From Ignavibacteriaceae bacterium (GTDB taxonomy: Bacteria > Bacteroidota > Ignavibacteria > Ignavibacteriales > Ignavibacteriaceae): 64,000 nucleotides of DNA. Within the stretch, counting starts at the first letter, position 1, and the number at the start of each line of letters is the position of its first letter. The position numbers and the translations under genes were made by a program. The stretch lies in assembly GCA_023229425.1 (NCBI GenBank), contig JALNZG010000006.1, positions 117,130 through 181,129 on the forward strand, written 5' to 3'. The notes beneath the pieces are model-generated. The model made no database searches and had not been told where the DNA came from. It worked only from the letters and a program-made list of their open reading frames with translations. Positions 10,236-22,398 of the stretch are shown one piece after another.

Positions 10236-11450
10236 TTATTTCCGCTTTCCAGCATCATTTAAAATGAGATGCCCCATTTTATCTCTTTTCGTTTGCAAAT
10301 ACCGAAGATTGTTTTCGTTCGGGAGAATTTCTATCGGGATGCGTTCTACAATCTCCAAATCATAGCCCTTTAATCCGACAACTTTTTTCGGATTGTTGGT
10401 AAGTAATTTTATTTTGCGGACACCGAGATGAAGCAGTATTTGCGCACCAATTCCGTAGTCGCGTAAGTCCGCGCGAAATCCGAGCGCTTCATTCGCTTCA
10501 ACGGTATCTTTTCCTTCATCCTGTAAATTGTATGCGCGAAGTTTATTCGTTAGACCGATTCCCCGCCCTTCCTGGCGCATATAAACAACAACGCCAACAC
10601 CTTCTTCTTCAATCATTTCGATTGCACGGTTAAGCTGGTCGTGGCAATCGCACCGTAATGAATGAAAAACATCGCCGGTCAAACATTCGGAGTGCATACG
10701 AACAAGCACAGGTTTGGATGGAACAATTTCTCCTTTAACCAAAGCAAGATGTTCTTTCTTCTCAATTTTATTTTCGAAGAGGAACATTCTAAAATTTCCT
10801 TTTGAAGTTGGGAGATTGATCTCTGTAATTTTTTCTACAAGACTCTCTTTTTTAATTCGATACTGAATTAAATCTTTTACGGTAAGAACTTTTAAATTAA
10901 ATTTTTCGGCAAGTTCAATAAGCTGTGGAGTGCGCGCCATTTCGCCGTTGTCTTGTAAAATTTCGCAAAGAACTCCGGCGTGGGTTAAACCGGCAAGAGC
11001 GCACAAATCAACAACTGCTTCAGTGTGCCCGGCACGGCGGAGAACACCTTCATCCATTGCACGGAGCGGGAAGATATGTCCGGGAACCGCGAAATCATTT
11101 CTTCTTGAATTCGGATCAATCATTTTTTTGATTGTTACTGCTCTATCGGCGGCAGAAATTCCGGTGGTTGTTCCTTCAACGGCATCAACGGTTACGGTAA
11201 ATTGCGTTCCGTGTAAAGCGGAGTTTTCATCAACCATTAACGGGAGTTCAAGTTCTTCCAGGCGTTTGCCGGTAAGGGAAATGCAGACTAATCCTTTGCC
11301 GTGCGTGATCATAAAATTAATTATTTCGGGAGTAACAAACTCCGCCGCACAGACAAAATCGCCTTCATTCTCACGGTCTTCGTCATCAATAATGATGATC
11401 ATCTTCCCGTTTTTTATTTCTTCAAGCGCTTCTTCAACGTTACAAAACAT
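10236..11450 (-). CDS. ribBA: Bifunctional DHBP synthase / GTP cyclohydrolase II
   Basis: [52 protein letters not shown]. Confidence 0.97.
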   Translation of the reverse strand: MFCNVEEALEEIKNGKMIIIIDDEDRENEGDFVCAAEFVTPEIINFMITHGKGLVCISLTGKRLEELELPLMVDENSALHGTQFTVTVDAVEGTTTGISAADRAVTIKKMIDPNSRRNDFAVPGHIFPLRAMDEGVLRRAGHTEAVVDLCALAGLTHAGVLCEILQDNGEMARTPQLIELAEKFNLKVLTVKDLIQYRIKKESLVEKITEINLPTSKGNFRMFLFENKIEKKEHLALVKGEIVPSKPVLVRMHSECLTGDVFHSLRCDCHDQLNRAIEMIEEEGVGVVVYMRQEGRGIGLTNKLRAYNLQDEGKDTVEANEALGFRADLRDYGIGAQILLHLGVRKIKLLTNNPKKVVGLKGYDLEIVERIPIEILPNENNLRYLQTKRDKMGHLILNDAGKRK

Positions 11451-11487
11451 AGCGAGAACACCTTAGTTAAAACTTTCAGAATATTCT

Positions 11488-11610
11488 GATCTCAGAACAA
11501 GGATTAACGATTTACGATTTTTGATTTATTCACCAGACTACTTCGTATCGTTCATATCAACTTTTTTAACTTCTTAAATCTAAATTCGTTAATCGTTGAT
11601 CTTAAATCTC
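11488..11610. repeat. Inverted pair of degenerate GATT-type heptamer arrays
   Basis: gattaac-gatttac-gattttt-gattt at 11502-11527, and the reverse-complement type array at about 11575-11610. Confidence 0.75.
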
Positions 11611-11618
11611 AAAAAAAA

Positions 11619-11939
11619 TTAATTTCCGTCTTTGGCTTGTGTAACAATACCAATTGCAGATTTTTCAAATTTCATTTTGACATTATCGGCAACTTTTACA
11701 AGAATTGTTTTTTCTTCAACAGTATCAACCGTTCCGTGGATGCCGCTGAGCGTAACGACTTTGTCCCCTTTTTGAATACCGCTGATAAGTTTTTCTTTTT
11801 CTTTCGCGCGTTTCTGCTGGGGACGAATGATCATAAAATAAAAAATTGCGAAAATAGCACCGAACATTATTAGTGTGCTGTACATACTGCCGCCGCCGTC
11901 TTGTCCGGGAGGCGGAGCCATTGCCAAAAGATAATTCAT
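11619..11939 (-). CDS. yajC: Preprotein translocase subunit YajC
   Basis: FYFMIIRPQQKR, KGDKVVTLSGIHGTV; directly downstream of tgt. Confidence 0.96.
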   Translation of the reverse strand: MNYLLAMAPPPGQDGGGSMYSTLIMFGAIFAIFYFMIIRPQQKRAKEKEKLISGIQKGDKVVTLSGIHGTVDTVEEKTILVKVADNVKMKFEKSAIGIVTQAKDGN

Positions 11940-13097
<1,158 letters not shown>

Positions 13098-13149
13098 TCA
13101 AATTTGATGGCGAAATTTACGGAAAATGGGGCAGGTAAAAAAAGTTTTG

Positions 13150-14160
13150 TTAGACGATATTAACTTCTTCTTCTAATTGAATTTCAAACTTCTGATAAAC
13201 GTCTTCTTTGATTGCATTTGCCAGTTGAAGAATGTCTTTTCCTTCCGCGCCACCGTAATTAACAAGCACAAGGGCTTGATGTTCGTGCACACCTACATTT
13301 CCAATCCGCTTCCCTTTCCAGCCACACTGTTCAATCAACCAACCTGCGGGAATTTTAATTGTGCTTTCTGAAACCGGAAAACTTTTAACCGAAGGAAAAC
13401 CTTGACTTATATTTTCAAAATGTTTTTTTTCAACTTCAGGATTTTTGAAAAAACTTCCGCAATTACCTAATATTTTCGGATCAGGAAGTTTCTCTTGTCG
13501 AATTTTTATAACGATGTTACGAACATCTGCTAACAATGGATTATTCTTTCCAATACTTTTTAACTCTTGTTTAATTGCACCGTAATTAATTTTCAAGTCA
13601 TCAGTTTTCTTTAACTTAAAAACCACAGAAGTAATGACAAATTTATTTTTCAATTCGGTTTTGAACATGCTTGTTCGATAGCCGAAGATACAATCGCTAT
13701 TGAAAAATGTTTTTTCGGAAAAATCACTTAAAAATATTCCATTTAATGCAAAAAACGTATCTTTCAATTCCTGTCCGTACGCCCCGATGTTCTGGATTGG
13801 TGCAGCTCCAACGGTGCCGGGAATCAATGAAAGATTTTCTATTCCATAATAATTATTCTCAACACAGTAGGCAACAAAATCATCCCACAATTCACCGGCA
13901 AATACCTCTAACAAAACAGAATCTTTCTCCTCATCTTTTTTGTTGATTCCTTTTTTGTTGAATTGAAGAACAAAGCCATCAAAGTTTTTTGTAAAAAGGA
14001 TATTGCTTCCGCTGCCGAGAAATAATATTCTTTCTCCCTTCACCTGTGATAATGCTTCTTTTAGCTCTGATAAAGTATCAACTTCACAAAAGTATTTGGT
14101 TGAAACATTCAGTCCGAATGAATTTTTATTTTGGAGATTATAATTTTTGTGGATGAACAT
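13150..14160 (-). CDS. murB: UDP-N-acetylenolpyruvoylglucosamine reductase
   Basis: GSGSNILF, IPGTVGAAPIQNIGAYG, GSFFKNP, AGWLIEQCGWKG, LEEEVNIV. Confidence 0.96.
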   Translation of the reverse strand: MFIHKNYNLQNKNSFGLNVSTKYFCEVDTLSELKEALSQVKGERILFLGSGSNILFTKNFDGFVLQFNKKGINKKDEEKDSVLLEVFAGELWDDFVAYCVENNYYGIENLSLIPGTVGAAPIQNIGAYGQELKDTFFALNGIFLSDFSEKTFFNSDCIFGYRTSMFKTELKNKFVITSVVFKLKKTDDLKINYGAIKQELKSIGKNNPLLADVRNIVIKIRQEKLPDPKILGNCGSFFKNPEVEKKHFENISQGFPSVKSFPVSESTIKIPAGWLIEQCGWKGKRIGNVGVHEHQALVLVNYGGAEGKDILQLANAIKEDVYQKFEIQLEEEVNIV

Positions 14161-14165
14161 TTGAT

Positions 14166-15299
14166 TTATTTAATCGCCTGTTCAATATCTGCAATCAGAT
14201 CCTCAACATCTTCAATACCAACGGAGAAGCGGACAAGTTTTTCCGTTAAACCGAATTTCTCACGCTTCTCTTTTGGAACAGATGCGTGCGTCATTGAAAT
14301 CGGATGACATAAAAGACTTTCAACTCCGCCGAGACTTTCTGCAAGCGTAAAAACTTTTGCATTATTCAGAAATTGTTTTGCGGTTTCAAACGTATCGAAC
14401 TCAACGGAGATCATACCGCCAAAACCGGACATTTGTTTCTTCGCAAGTTCGTGCTGTGGATGTTCCGGCAAACCGGGATAAAATACTTTTTTTACTTTGG
14501 GATGCTGCTTCAAATAATCTGCAATTTTAATAGCGTTAGCATTGTGCCGATCCATTCTCACAGCAAGTGTTTTTGTTGAACGAAGTGTCAACCAGCAGTC
14601 AAATGGTGATGGAACCGCTCCCGCAGCATTTTGAATATAGCGCAAACGTTCGTGAATTTTTTCAACACCGGTTACAACAATTCCGCCGATGATATCGCTA
14701 TGTCCGTTTAAATATTTTGTGGTGCTGTGCAGAACGATATCAATTCCAAGTTCGATCGGACGTTGAAAATAGGGACTCATAAATGTGTTATCAACTACGC
14801 TGATGAGATTTTTTTCTTCACATAATTTTGCGACTGCTACTAAATCGGTTAAGGTGAGCATCGGATTTGTCGGTGTTTCAATATAAACCATTTTCGTGTT
14901 CGGTTTTATTTCCGCTTCAATATTTTTCACATCCGAAGTATCAACCCACGAAAAAGAAATTCCGAAGTCAGTCATTAGTAATTCAAACAAGCGGTACGTT
15001 CCGCCATAAACATTATCAGTAACAATTACGTGATCACCACTTTTCAGTAAAGACATTAATGAATGAATTGCAGCTAGACCGGAAGCGAAAGCAATTCCGT
15101 ATTTCCCTTTTTCAAGCGTAGCGATGTTCGCTTCAAGCGCGGCGCGTGTTAAATTATGGGTCCGCCCGTATTCATACCCTTTGTGTACGCCAAGTTCCGG
15201 CTGATGATAAGTTGAAGTTAAATAAAGCGGAGTAATTACTGCGCCGGTTTCTAAATCAGCTTTTTGTCCTGCATGAATTGCATCAGTTGAAAATCCCAT
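14166..15299 (-). CDS. Cystathionine gamma-lyase/synthase (Cys/Met PLP enzyme)
   Basis: IETPTNP, VVDNTF, HSTTKYLNGHSD PLP lysine, LAESLGGVESL; adjacent to CBS. Confidence 0.92.
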   Translation of the reverse strand: MGFSTDAIHAGQKADLETGAVITPLYLTSTYHQPELGVHKGYEYGRTHNLTRAALEANIATLEKGKYGIAFASGLAAIHSLMSLLKSGDHVIVTDNVYGGTYRLFELLMTDFGISFSWVDTSDVKNIEAEIKPNTKMVYIETPTNPMLTLTDLVAVAKLCEEKNLISVVDNTFMSPYFQRPIELGIDIVLHSTTKYLNGHSDIIGGIVVTGVEKIHERLRYIQNAAGAVPSPFDCWLTLRSTKTLAVRMDRHNANAIKIADYLKQHPKVKKVFYPGLPEHPQHELAKKQMSGFGGMISVEFDTFETAKQFLNNAKVFTLAESLGGVESLLCHPISMTHASVPKEKREKFGLTEKLVRFSVGIEDVEDLIADIEQAIK

Positions 15300-15316
15300 G
15301 TCGTTCCTTTCAAATT

Positions 15317-16684
15317 TTATAAAGATGACGCGTATTCGATTATATCGTAACGGGTAACAATGTCAATAATTCTTCCGAATTCCAAAACTAAAACTGCGGG
15401 AGATTCAGTCAACTGTTTTTTAACGATTTGTAAATCACTTTTTTCATCAAGGCAAGGGAAAGAAGAACCCATTACTTCCTCCACAGTTGCATCAAGTAAC
15501 GCATGATTATCAACTAAACTCGCCATAACTTTTGCTTCGCGAATGCTTCCGACCGACTGACCGTTTTCGATAACCGGAATTTGCGAAAATCCGTTTATGT
15601 TAAGAACTTCAATAGCATCACGGACTTTATCTTTCGCATGCAAATAGATTAAATTCTTTACCGGTCCGTTTTTCTTTGCGTTTGATAAATCTCTTAGCGT
15701 TTTCATTTCCCGATTTAATAACCGCTTTTCGCGCAGCCACTCATCACTGTGCATTTTACTTAAATATCTTTCGCCCGTATCGCAAACGATAAAAACAATA
15801 ACATCATTTTCAGTTAGATCTTTTGCAATTTCCAAAGCAGCTTTTGCAATAGTACCGGTGCTTCCACCGCAGAATATCCCCTCTTCTTTCGTCAGTGCGC
15901 GTGAAACAGAAAATGAATCGAAATCAGAAACATTAATTATTTCATCTATGACGGGAAATTCAATATTCTCAGGAATGCAATCCTGACCAATACCTTCAAC
16001 TAAATAAGGAACACCTTCGCTTAGCTTTCCATCTTTTTTATATTCTTTTAAAATGGAACCAACCGGATCAGCGCCGATAATTTTTATTTTAGGATTTTTT
16101 TCTTTCAAATATTTTCCAACGCCGCTTATCGTTCCACCGGTTCCAATGCCGGCAACAAAGTGAGTAATTTTGCCGTCCGTTTGTTTCCATATTTCCGGTC
16201 CCGTTGTTTCATAATGAATTTTTGGATTTGCGGGATTTGCGTACTGGTACATAAACAATGCGTTTGGAGTTTCCGCTGCAATTTTACGCGCAACGTTAAC
16301 ATAATAATCGGGACTATCATGTTTAACTGCGTTTGGACAAACAATTACTTGAGCGCCAAAAGCTTTCAAGTAATTTATTTTTTCAGAACTGACTTTGTCG
16401 GTAACGACAAAAACAGATTGGAATCCGCGGATAGCCGCTGCCAACGCTAATCCAATTCCGGTGTTCCCGCTTGTAGCTTCAACTACTGTTCCGCCGGGTT
16501 TTATTATTCCGCGGTTAACAGCGTCATCCAACATCGCAATACCGATGCGGTCTTTAACGCTTCCCCCGGGATTAACCGATTCAAGCTTAGCTAAGATTAA
16601 CGGCTTCAAACCTTTATTAACCTTGTTTAACTTAATCAACGGCGTGTTGCCAATTGCTTCTAAAATATTATTCTTATAATCCAT
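15317..16684 (-). CDS. Cystathionine beta-synthase with C-terminal CBS domains
   Basis: [46 protein letters not shown] pair (GFSQIPV). Confidence 0.92.
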   Translation of the reverse strand: MDYKNNILEAIGNTPLIKLNKVNKGLKPLILAKLESVNPGGSVKDRIGIAMLDDAVNRGIIKPGGTVVEATSGNTGIGLALAAAIRGFQSVFVVTDKVSSEKINYLKAFGAQVIVCPNAVKHDSPDYYVNVARKIAAETPNALFMYQYANPANPKIHYETTGPEIWKQTDGKITHFVAGIGTGGTISGVGKYLKEKNPKIKIIGADPVGSILKEYKKDGKLSEGVPYLVEGIGQDCIPENIEFPVIDEIINVSDFDSFSVSRALTKEEGIFCGGSTGTIAKAALEIAKDLTENDVIVFIVCDTGERYLSKMHSDEWLREKRLLNREMKTLRDLSNAKKNGPVKNLIYLHAKDKVRDAIEVLNINGFSQIPVIENGQSVGSIREAKVMASLVDNHALLDATVEEVMGSSFPCLDEKSDLQIVKKQLTESPAVLVLEFGRIIDIVTRYDIIEYASSL

Positions 16685-16726
16685 TACATCCTCTTTTTAA
16701 CATTATAACACAAAAAACTCTTCTAC

Positions 16727-16758
16727 AATTCCTAATTCGTAATTCTCAATTCCTAATT
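16727..16758 (-). repeat. GAATTAG-type heptamer array at the fmt stop
   Basis: aattcct-aattcgt-aattctc-aattcct-aatt on the + strand. Confidence 0.85.
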
Positions 16759-17664
16759 AAACCGGTGTCCTCTTAAAAACTCTGCAATCTTCAATCGTTT
16801 CTTCCCTTCCTGTTGTATTTCTAAAATACTTAAAGAATTTTTTTCACAACCGAAGATTAACTCACTTGGAGATTCAAATAATTCTCCCGGATTAAGATTT
16901 CGTTCAACAACTCTTGTTTTATAAACCTTATAAATTTTTTGTTGATGGATGAAAAATGCTGCCGGGAATGGCGAAAGTCCGCGCACTAAATTATGGATAT
17001 CATCTGCATCTTTTTCCCAAACAATTGCACAAAGCTCTTTTGTTATTTTGGGAGCCGGAGTTGCCATTGAGTTATCCTGTGGAAGTAGTTGATGACGCCA
17101 CTGGCGGGATTGCGAATTAATCATTTCAATCGTTTCAGCAACTGCTAAACTTCCGAGCAAACTTAATTTATCATGAAGAGAACCAAAATCATCTTCATCA
17201 TCAATTGGAATTTCTTTTTTCAAATAAACATTTCCGGTATCAACTTTTTCCGCAAGAGCAAATGTTGTTACTCCGGTTTTCTTTTCACCCTTTATTAATG
17301 CCCATTGTATAGGTGCAGCGCCACGGAATTTTGGCAAAAGTGAGCCGTGCAAATTAAATGATCCAAATTTCGGCATCGAATAAATTTCTTTCGGTAAAAT
17401 CCGGAATGCTACGACTACAAAAAGATCGGCTTCTAAATTTTTTAGTTGTTCAATAAAGGTTGCATCATTAAAAGCTTCCGGTTGTAGAACTTTGATTGAA
17501 TGCGCAAGAGCGAATTCTTTAATCGGAGTGAACGTGACTTGCTTCCCGCGTCCGCGCGGTTTATCCGGGGCAGTAACTATAGCTACAACATCATGTTGAT
17601 GATCGAGAATAGTTTGAAGGGAAGGAATTGCAAAATCCGGAGTTCCGAAAAAAATTATTTTCAT
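16753..17664 (-). CDS. fmt: Methionyl-tRNA formyltransferase
   Basis: FFGTPDFA, PDKPRGRG, NLHGSLLPKFRGAAPIQWA, VRGLSPFPAA. Confidence 0.97.
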   Translation of the reverse strand: MKIIFFGTPDFAIPSLQTILDHQHDVVAIVTAPDKPRGRGKQVTFTPIKEFALAHSIKVLQPEAFNDATFIEQLKNLEADLFVVVAFRILPKEIYSMPKFGSFNLHGSLLPKFRGAAPIQWALIKGEKKTGVTTFALAEKVDTGNVYLKKEIPIDDEDDFGSLHDKLSLLGSLAVAETIEMINSQSRQWRHQLLPQDNSMATPAPKITKELCAIVWEKDADDIHNLVRGLSPFPAAFFIHQQKIYKVYKTRVVERNLNPGELFESPSELIFGCEKNSLSILEIQQEGKKRLKIAEFLRGHRFN

Positions 17665-17670
17665 AAAATA

Positions 17671-18225
17671 TTACATGGTTCCTTTTTCCGTAACCGGGTA
17701 TTCAATCTCAACTTTTCTTGCAATAATTTTTAGTAATGGTTTCTTTACCATTTTTTTCCCCTCGTCATCAAGACGGTCGGTAAAAAATGTTGCTTGTAAA
17801 TGGTCATACTCATGTTGAATGACTCGCGCAAGCAAATCATGGTCTTCAAGCATATGATCTTTCAAATCAATATCTTGATAAAGGAGTTTTATGCCGAGCG
17901 GTCTTTCAACTTTTGCACGAATGCCGGGTAAACTTAAACAGCCTTCTTCCAAAATTCTTGTCTCTTCAGAGTATTCAACTATTTTTGGATTTATGAATAC
18001 CATTGGCTTTGATTTTTCAAAACCTTTTACAGACGATAGATCAAGGATGAAAATTGATTTATGGCTTCCGACTTGGTTAGCCGCTAATCCCATACCTTCC
18101 GCGTTGTACATTGTATCGAACATATTGTTTATTAACGTAAGAATCTTTGCATCCACTTTAGAAATGCGGATCGCTTTTTTCTTTAATATTTTATCTCCGT
18201 AAAGAGTAATCGGCAGCACTGCCAT
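17671..18225 (-). CDS. def: Peptide deformylase
   Basis: GMGLAANQVG, EEGCLSLPG, QHEYDHL. Confidence 0.97.
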   Translation of the reverse strand: MAVLPITLYGDKILKKKAIRISKVDAKILTLINNMFDTMYNAEGMGLAANQVGSHKSIFILDLSSVKGFEKSKPMVFINPKIVEYSEETRILEEGCLSLPGIRAKVERPLGIKLLYQDIDLKDHMLEDHDLLARVIQHEYDHLQATFFTDRLDDEGKKMVKKPLLKIIARKVEIEYPVTEKGTM

Positions 18226-18236
18226 AACTGTTTTCC

Positions 18237-19139
18237 TTAACTAATTTCTTCAAATGCAGGCGAAACAGTATCGGCTTCGCCATCGGTAAAAATCAACAAC
18301 TCTGTGGAATAAAAGTACATCCTGATGAGCACTCGAAATATAATTAACAACTGCTGAATTAGAAAGGTAAGAAGGAGGAAGTAAACCGGCTTTTTGGGGA
18401 GTAAACTATCTACAAGATTATAAATTGCTGCACCAATCGCCACAAATATCAGCATGATAAAATATACGGTCATCACTTTAACAAAATTCTTTTTAATAAA
18501 TTGAAAAGATTTATAAAGAGAACGAAATAACTTTGTTGAATCAACTACAACAATAGCCACCTTAGTATAATCTGAAATGATATTAATAATGCTGATAAGA
18601 AGCAGGAAAAAAAGATAGCGAAAAATCTGCACGGCAAATTCTATAAAGGCATTCTCTTTTTCTAAAAAGATCTGCTTAATCCCATAATCAATTAAAACGT
18701 TAATACTGATAGCAACAAAGTAAAGTGAGCTAATAAAGAAAGCGATTTTCAGAAACCTGATATAATACTTTACGCTTCCGTAAAAGAAATCAACCACATG
18801 ATTTTTTTTTGAGTTTGTAAATACTGCAAGTAGCCCGCCTAAATAAAAGAGCTGGAGAAGAATATAAACCCCGGCAAATGTATAAAGAAGGATCGGAATT
18901 GCATCCAGAGAATTTTGAAAAATGTGACGAAACTGAACATACCAGAGATAATCAAATCCAAGACTGAGATTATTGTTGATGAGTGAGTGTGCTAATCCTT
19001 GCTGAAGTACTGAAAATAAAGGAAGTGACAAAGCAAACGCAAAAACAATATTCGTTATCCAGAAAAGTAAAATAAATTTTCTGTGTGCAAAAACCATTCT
19101 TGAACCGGTTACCAGAATTTCTTTAATGGAAAGGTTCAA
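18237..19139 (-). CDS. Hypothetical multi-pass membrane protein
   Basis: Several TM segments; likely TTG start overlapping the TGA of the upstream M1 peptidase (TTGA). Confidence 0.7.
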   Translation of the reverse strand: MNLSIKEILVTGSRMVFAHRKFILLFWITNIVFAFALSLPLFSVLQQGLAHSLINNNLSLGFDYLWYVQFRHIFQNSLDAIPILLYTFAGVYILLQLFYLGGLLAVFTNSKKNHVVDFFYGSVKYYIRFLKIAFFISSLYFVAISINVLIDYGIKQIFLEKENAFIEFAVQIFRYLFFLLLISIINIISDYTKVAIVVVDSTKLFRSLYKSFQFIKKNFVKVMTVYFIMLIFVAIGAAIYNLVDSLLPKKPVYFLLLTFLIQQLLIIFRVLIRMYFYSTELLIFTDGEADTVSPAFEEIS

Positions 19140-21187
19140 GACAAACCTCCGAAGATCATCAATAGATTTTGTATCCAGAAGAACCATCTAACGGAAAGAT
19201 ATAATGCACCGCTGTACTGCGATGCAACCGTATATGAGTTATTGGCAAAATTCAGATCAAATAAATTTTTTCTTTCCGGATCAATTACGGCAGAAAAGAC
19301 TTTGTTTGTAGTATGAAAAATAATTTTTTTAATTTTTTCTTTACCATTCCAAAAAGTTTTTAAAGTGTCCTTATCGGTATGGAGATCAATTTCTAACGGA
19401 ACAACCGCTTCCCCATCTCGTAAAATAACCACTTCGGCTTCCCGGTGATCCTTGGAAACATTAATTCCAAGTATCCGGTAGTCACACGTATAAGAATTTT
19501 CATAAAAACCTGTAATGAGCCACTCAATATTTTTATGAGTATATTTTCTCAAGACGGAAAAAAAATCTCCGGCAGTTGGATGCTGAAATTTATAAGTGTT
19601 AAAATATTGTCTTAGAATAAAAAACAGTTTCTGTTCCCCAAGATATTTTTCCAATGTAAAAAGGAAGAGCGCTCCCTTTGCATAAGAGACTGATTGATAG
19701 ACACTTTTATTTAAAAGACGAAAACTCGGATCGTTGAGAGAACCATACATAGCATAAGGGTAATATGCCGCCATCAAATCAGCTTCAAACGGTTTGGGAA
19801 TTTGCGTAAGTGTATAAATAAAGGGGATTCGTTCAATTGCAAGCAACTCCATTCCGGTTACCGGCAAATAACCGAAGAGTTTGAACGAAGCAAATCTCTC
19901 ACCATATTTTTTTTGCAATATTTTTTGCGAGACGTACTCGGCAAAACCTTCATCAAGCCAGGCTTCGGTAGTTTCATTATTGGCGAGTAAACCATAAAAA
20001 TATTGATGAGAAAATTCGTGAATAATTACTTCTTCAACAGCTTTCGTAAACTCCGGTGAAAAATAATCTTTAGAGAAAGTGAAAAGCGCGGGATACTCCA
20101 TCGCTCTTATCATTCCCGCTTTTGTCGGTGCATCTATTACTGTTAATGTTTTGTAAGGATATCTTCCGATATTTTTTTCAAAAAAAGAAAAAGCATTATT
20201 CACGGCATTGCAGATTCTCTCTCTACTCCCCTCATTTGTAGTTTGAAGAATGTAATGAACAGCAACTTCCGAATGATCTTTCCATTTGATCGTATCGGTA
20301 AAATCCAAAACATCTTTTGCTGCAAGCCAGGCGAAATCATGAATATTATTTTGAACTACTTTATACGTAGTGTTCTTCGATTCAACTTTTTTACTTATCA
20401 CTTCACCGGAAGAAGCAAGCACGAAACCATTGGGAATAGTTATTTCAAGCGAGTAGTTGGAGAAATCTGCATAGAATTCCGTGAAAGGATAATAAGGTTC
20501 ACAAACCCACCCCGCCTTGCCGGGCAGGCTTCCGTTTTCATACACTCCTAATTTGAGAAACCACTGAGCTAAGAAGAAAAATATTTCGTTTGCATCGTAC
20601 CCGAAACGGCTGTAAGCTTTGGGAATTTTTACTTCATACTCAAACGCAATTTCAAGCGAATCATTCTGATTTACCGGTTGATCTAAAACAATTTTAGCAA
20701 CCGTACTATCAAAACGATTATCTGTTCTGCCGGAAGAATAGTTTAACGATTTCTCCTGACCGTTTACCGTTACTTTATTGATATAAATATGAGAATGAGA
20801 ATTGTCCGGGATTCTTCTCCCGCTTAAAAATTCTGTCCGCTTATTGCTGAAAGCATTTGGGTAAAGATGAAAATAAAGTTCAGAAGTTGGAATATCTGAT
20901 GGATTTTTCCATTTTATTACTTGTGAAGCTTTGAGTAGTTTCTTCTGAACATCTAAAGAAACTTTAATTGAATAAGAAGAAAATACTTTTGCCGGTCGCT
21001 TTGTTTTAGCTCTAATTGAATCATCAACATTTACTTTTACAGTAACACTGTCACTTAAACTGCTTACAGCGTTTGTCTGCTTCTCTTGGTATTGAAAGAA
21101 AGCATAAAAAAGAAAAAGGGATATGAGTGCGATGTACTTCAATGATAACTGTGTTTTTAGTTTGAATAAAAAAGGGTGATCGCTCAC
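19136..21187 (-). CDS. M1 family zinc aminopeptidase
   Basis: AMEYP, HEFSHQYF, WLDEGFAEY, SYAKGALFL, YKFQHPT. Confidence 0.9.
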   Translation of the reverse strand: MSDHPFLFKLKTQLSLKYIALISLFLFYAFFQYQEKQTNAVSSLSDSVTVKVNVDDSIRAKTKRPAKVFSSYSIKVSLDVQKKLLKASQVIKWKNPSDIPTSELYFHLYPNAFSNKRTEFLSGRRIPDNSHSHIYINKVTVNGQEKSLNYSSGRTDNRFDSTVAKIVLDQPVNQNDSLEIAFEYEVKIPKAYSRFGYDANEIFFFLAQWFLKLGVYENGSLPGKAGWVCEPYYPFTEFYADFSNYSLEITIPNGFVLASSGEVISKKVESKNTTYKVVQNNIHDFAWLAAKDVLDFTDTIKWKDHSEVAVHYILQTTNEGSRERICNAVNNAFSFFEKNIGRYPYKTLTVIDAPTKAGMIRAMEYPALFTFSKDYFSPEFTKAVEEVIIHEFSHQYFYGLLANNETTEAWLDEGFAEYVSQKILQKKYGERFASFKLFGYLPVTGMELLAIERIPFIYTLTQIPKPFEADLMAAYYPYAMYGSLNDPSFRLLNKSVYQSVSYAKGALFLFTLEKYLGEQKLFFILRQYFNTYKFQHPTAGDFFSVLRKYTHKNIEWLITGFYENSYTCDYRILGINVSKDHREAEVVILRDGEAVVPLEIDLHTDKDTLKTFWNGKEKIKKIIFHTTNKVFSAVIDPERKNLFDLNFANNSYTVASQYSGALYLSVRWFFWIQNLLMIFGGLS
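20511..20528. repeat. 18-bp palindromic insertion, in frame in the M1 peptidase
   Basis: CCCGCCTTGCCGGGCAGG; removal changes YENGSLPGKAGWVC to YENGRWVC; close relative at 54910-54928. Confidence 0.75.
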
Positions 21188-21412
21188 CCTTAATGTAAAA
21201 ATATGGAGAAAATTTTTATTTTACCAACTCATATCTTTCGTTCTCAATTTGAAAGAAAGGTTCTTTCAAGCGGAAAAACCTAGTTCGTGGCTTTTATGTG
21301 ACTCAATCCTCCTTCAGTTAATACGTTTAACCGCATCTAATTCACTCACAACCAATGGACCTGTACAGTCACTGGCGGGACTATTTATTTATTAGAGAGG
21401 TTGTGTTTCGTG

Positions 21413-22306
21413 TTAAAATAATGTAGTACCGACTAATACTTTAAACATAACTAAATTATTTGAACTAAAGGATCCAGGTTTAATGACACCTCCAGAATTA
21501 ATCGGTTCAAACACAACTGAAGAATTTATATTCATGAAATCAAAGATATTAAGTCCACATCCTAAATAGATGTTTGAATAGAAACAGAAGAAAGTATGCT
21601 TATCTTGCACTTTCAACTGCCATTGCGCTATGTTTGCATCCCAATATTGTCCGTTGGCAATACCTAATCCAAAACCATAAAATAAATTAAAAAATGATTT
21701 ATTTGAAAAGTAATACTTTCCATCAATTCCCCACTTTAACTCATTGGCACGATGCTCTGTTCCATCCCACCTAGCAAATTCTAAACTTAAAGCTAAAACC
21801 TCAGGAAATGCCTTAATATCAGATTCAGTCTTCACAGTTATTGCATTAGTCAGTGAAAATTTCTTAGCTGTATTTGTAGAACTGACCCCGAAATTATAAC
21901 CATATTTTCCTGATTTATGATAAAAAGTATCATCTCCTTTTCTTGTTTTTTCATCTACATTTCCTTTATAGATACCATACACTGTACCTGAAATGAGACC
22001 AATAAAACCTCCGATTATTGGCATTGCCATAAATCCTATTCCCATTTCATCTTGAGTATCTCCCCTCAAAACTGAAATAGAGTATAAACTAAAAGCAGTT
22101 GCTGCTCCAATACTGCTATGTTGAATTATATATTTTATTGGTTGGCTTAACTTATATTTAAGACCATATACATCATACAAAGCAGTATCTGATTGCGATA
22201 CTTCGTTTTTTCTCATTGGAGTATCAGAAATTATTTCGTTTTGTGCATGCAATATCATTGTGAATACAACAAATACGAGAAAATATTTTATCATAATTTG
22301 ACTCAT
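21413..22306 (-). CDS. Hypothetical exported protein, possible outer-membrane beta-barrel
   Basis: Signal peptide, alternating aromatic strands, terminal Phe; low GC. Confidence 0.6.
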   Translation of the reverse strand: MSQIMIKYFLVFVVFTMILHAQNEIISDTPMRKNEVSQSDTALYDVYGLKYKLSQPIKYIIQHSSIGAATAFSLYSISVLRGDTQDEMGIGFMAMPIIGGFIGLISGTVYGIYKGNVDEKTRKGDDTFYHKSGKYGYNFGVSSTNTAKKFSLTNAITVKTESDIKAFPEVLALSLEFARWDGTEHRANELKWGIDGKYYFSNKSFFNLFYGFGLGIANGQYWDANIAQWQLKVQDKHTFFCFYSNIYLGCGLNIFDFMNINSSVVFEPINSGGVIKPGSFSSNNLVMFKVLVGTTLF

Positions 22307-22398
22307 TCAGAATACCAATACACAAAAACTAACGGCATGTTATGTTAAAACCCAATACTGCCGCATTTATTATTTATAGATTTCCACTCACACTCTAC

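Noticed and set aside
11451..11618. FMN riboswitch upstream of ribBA
   Set aside because: RFN consensus not seen; the spacer is explained by heptamer arrays
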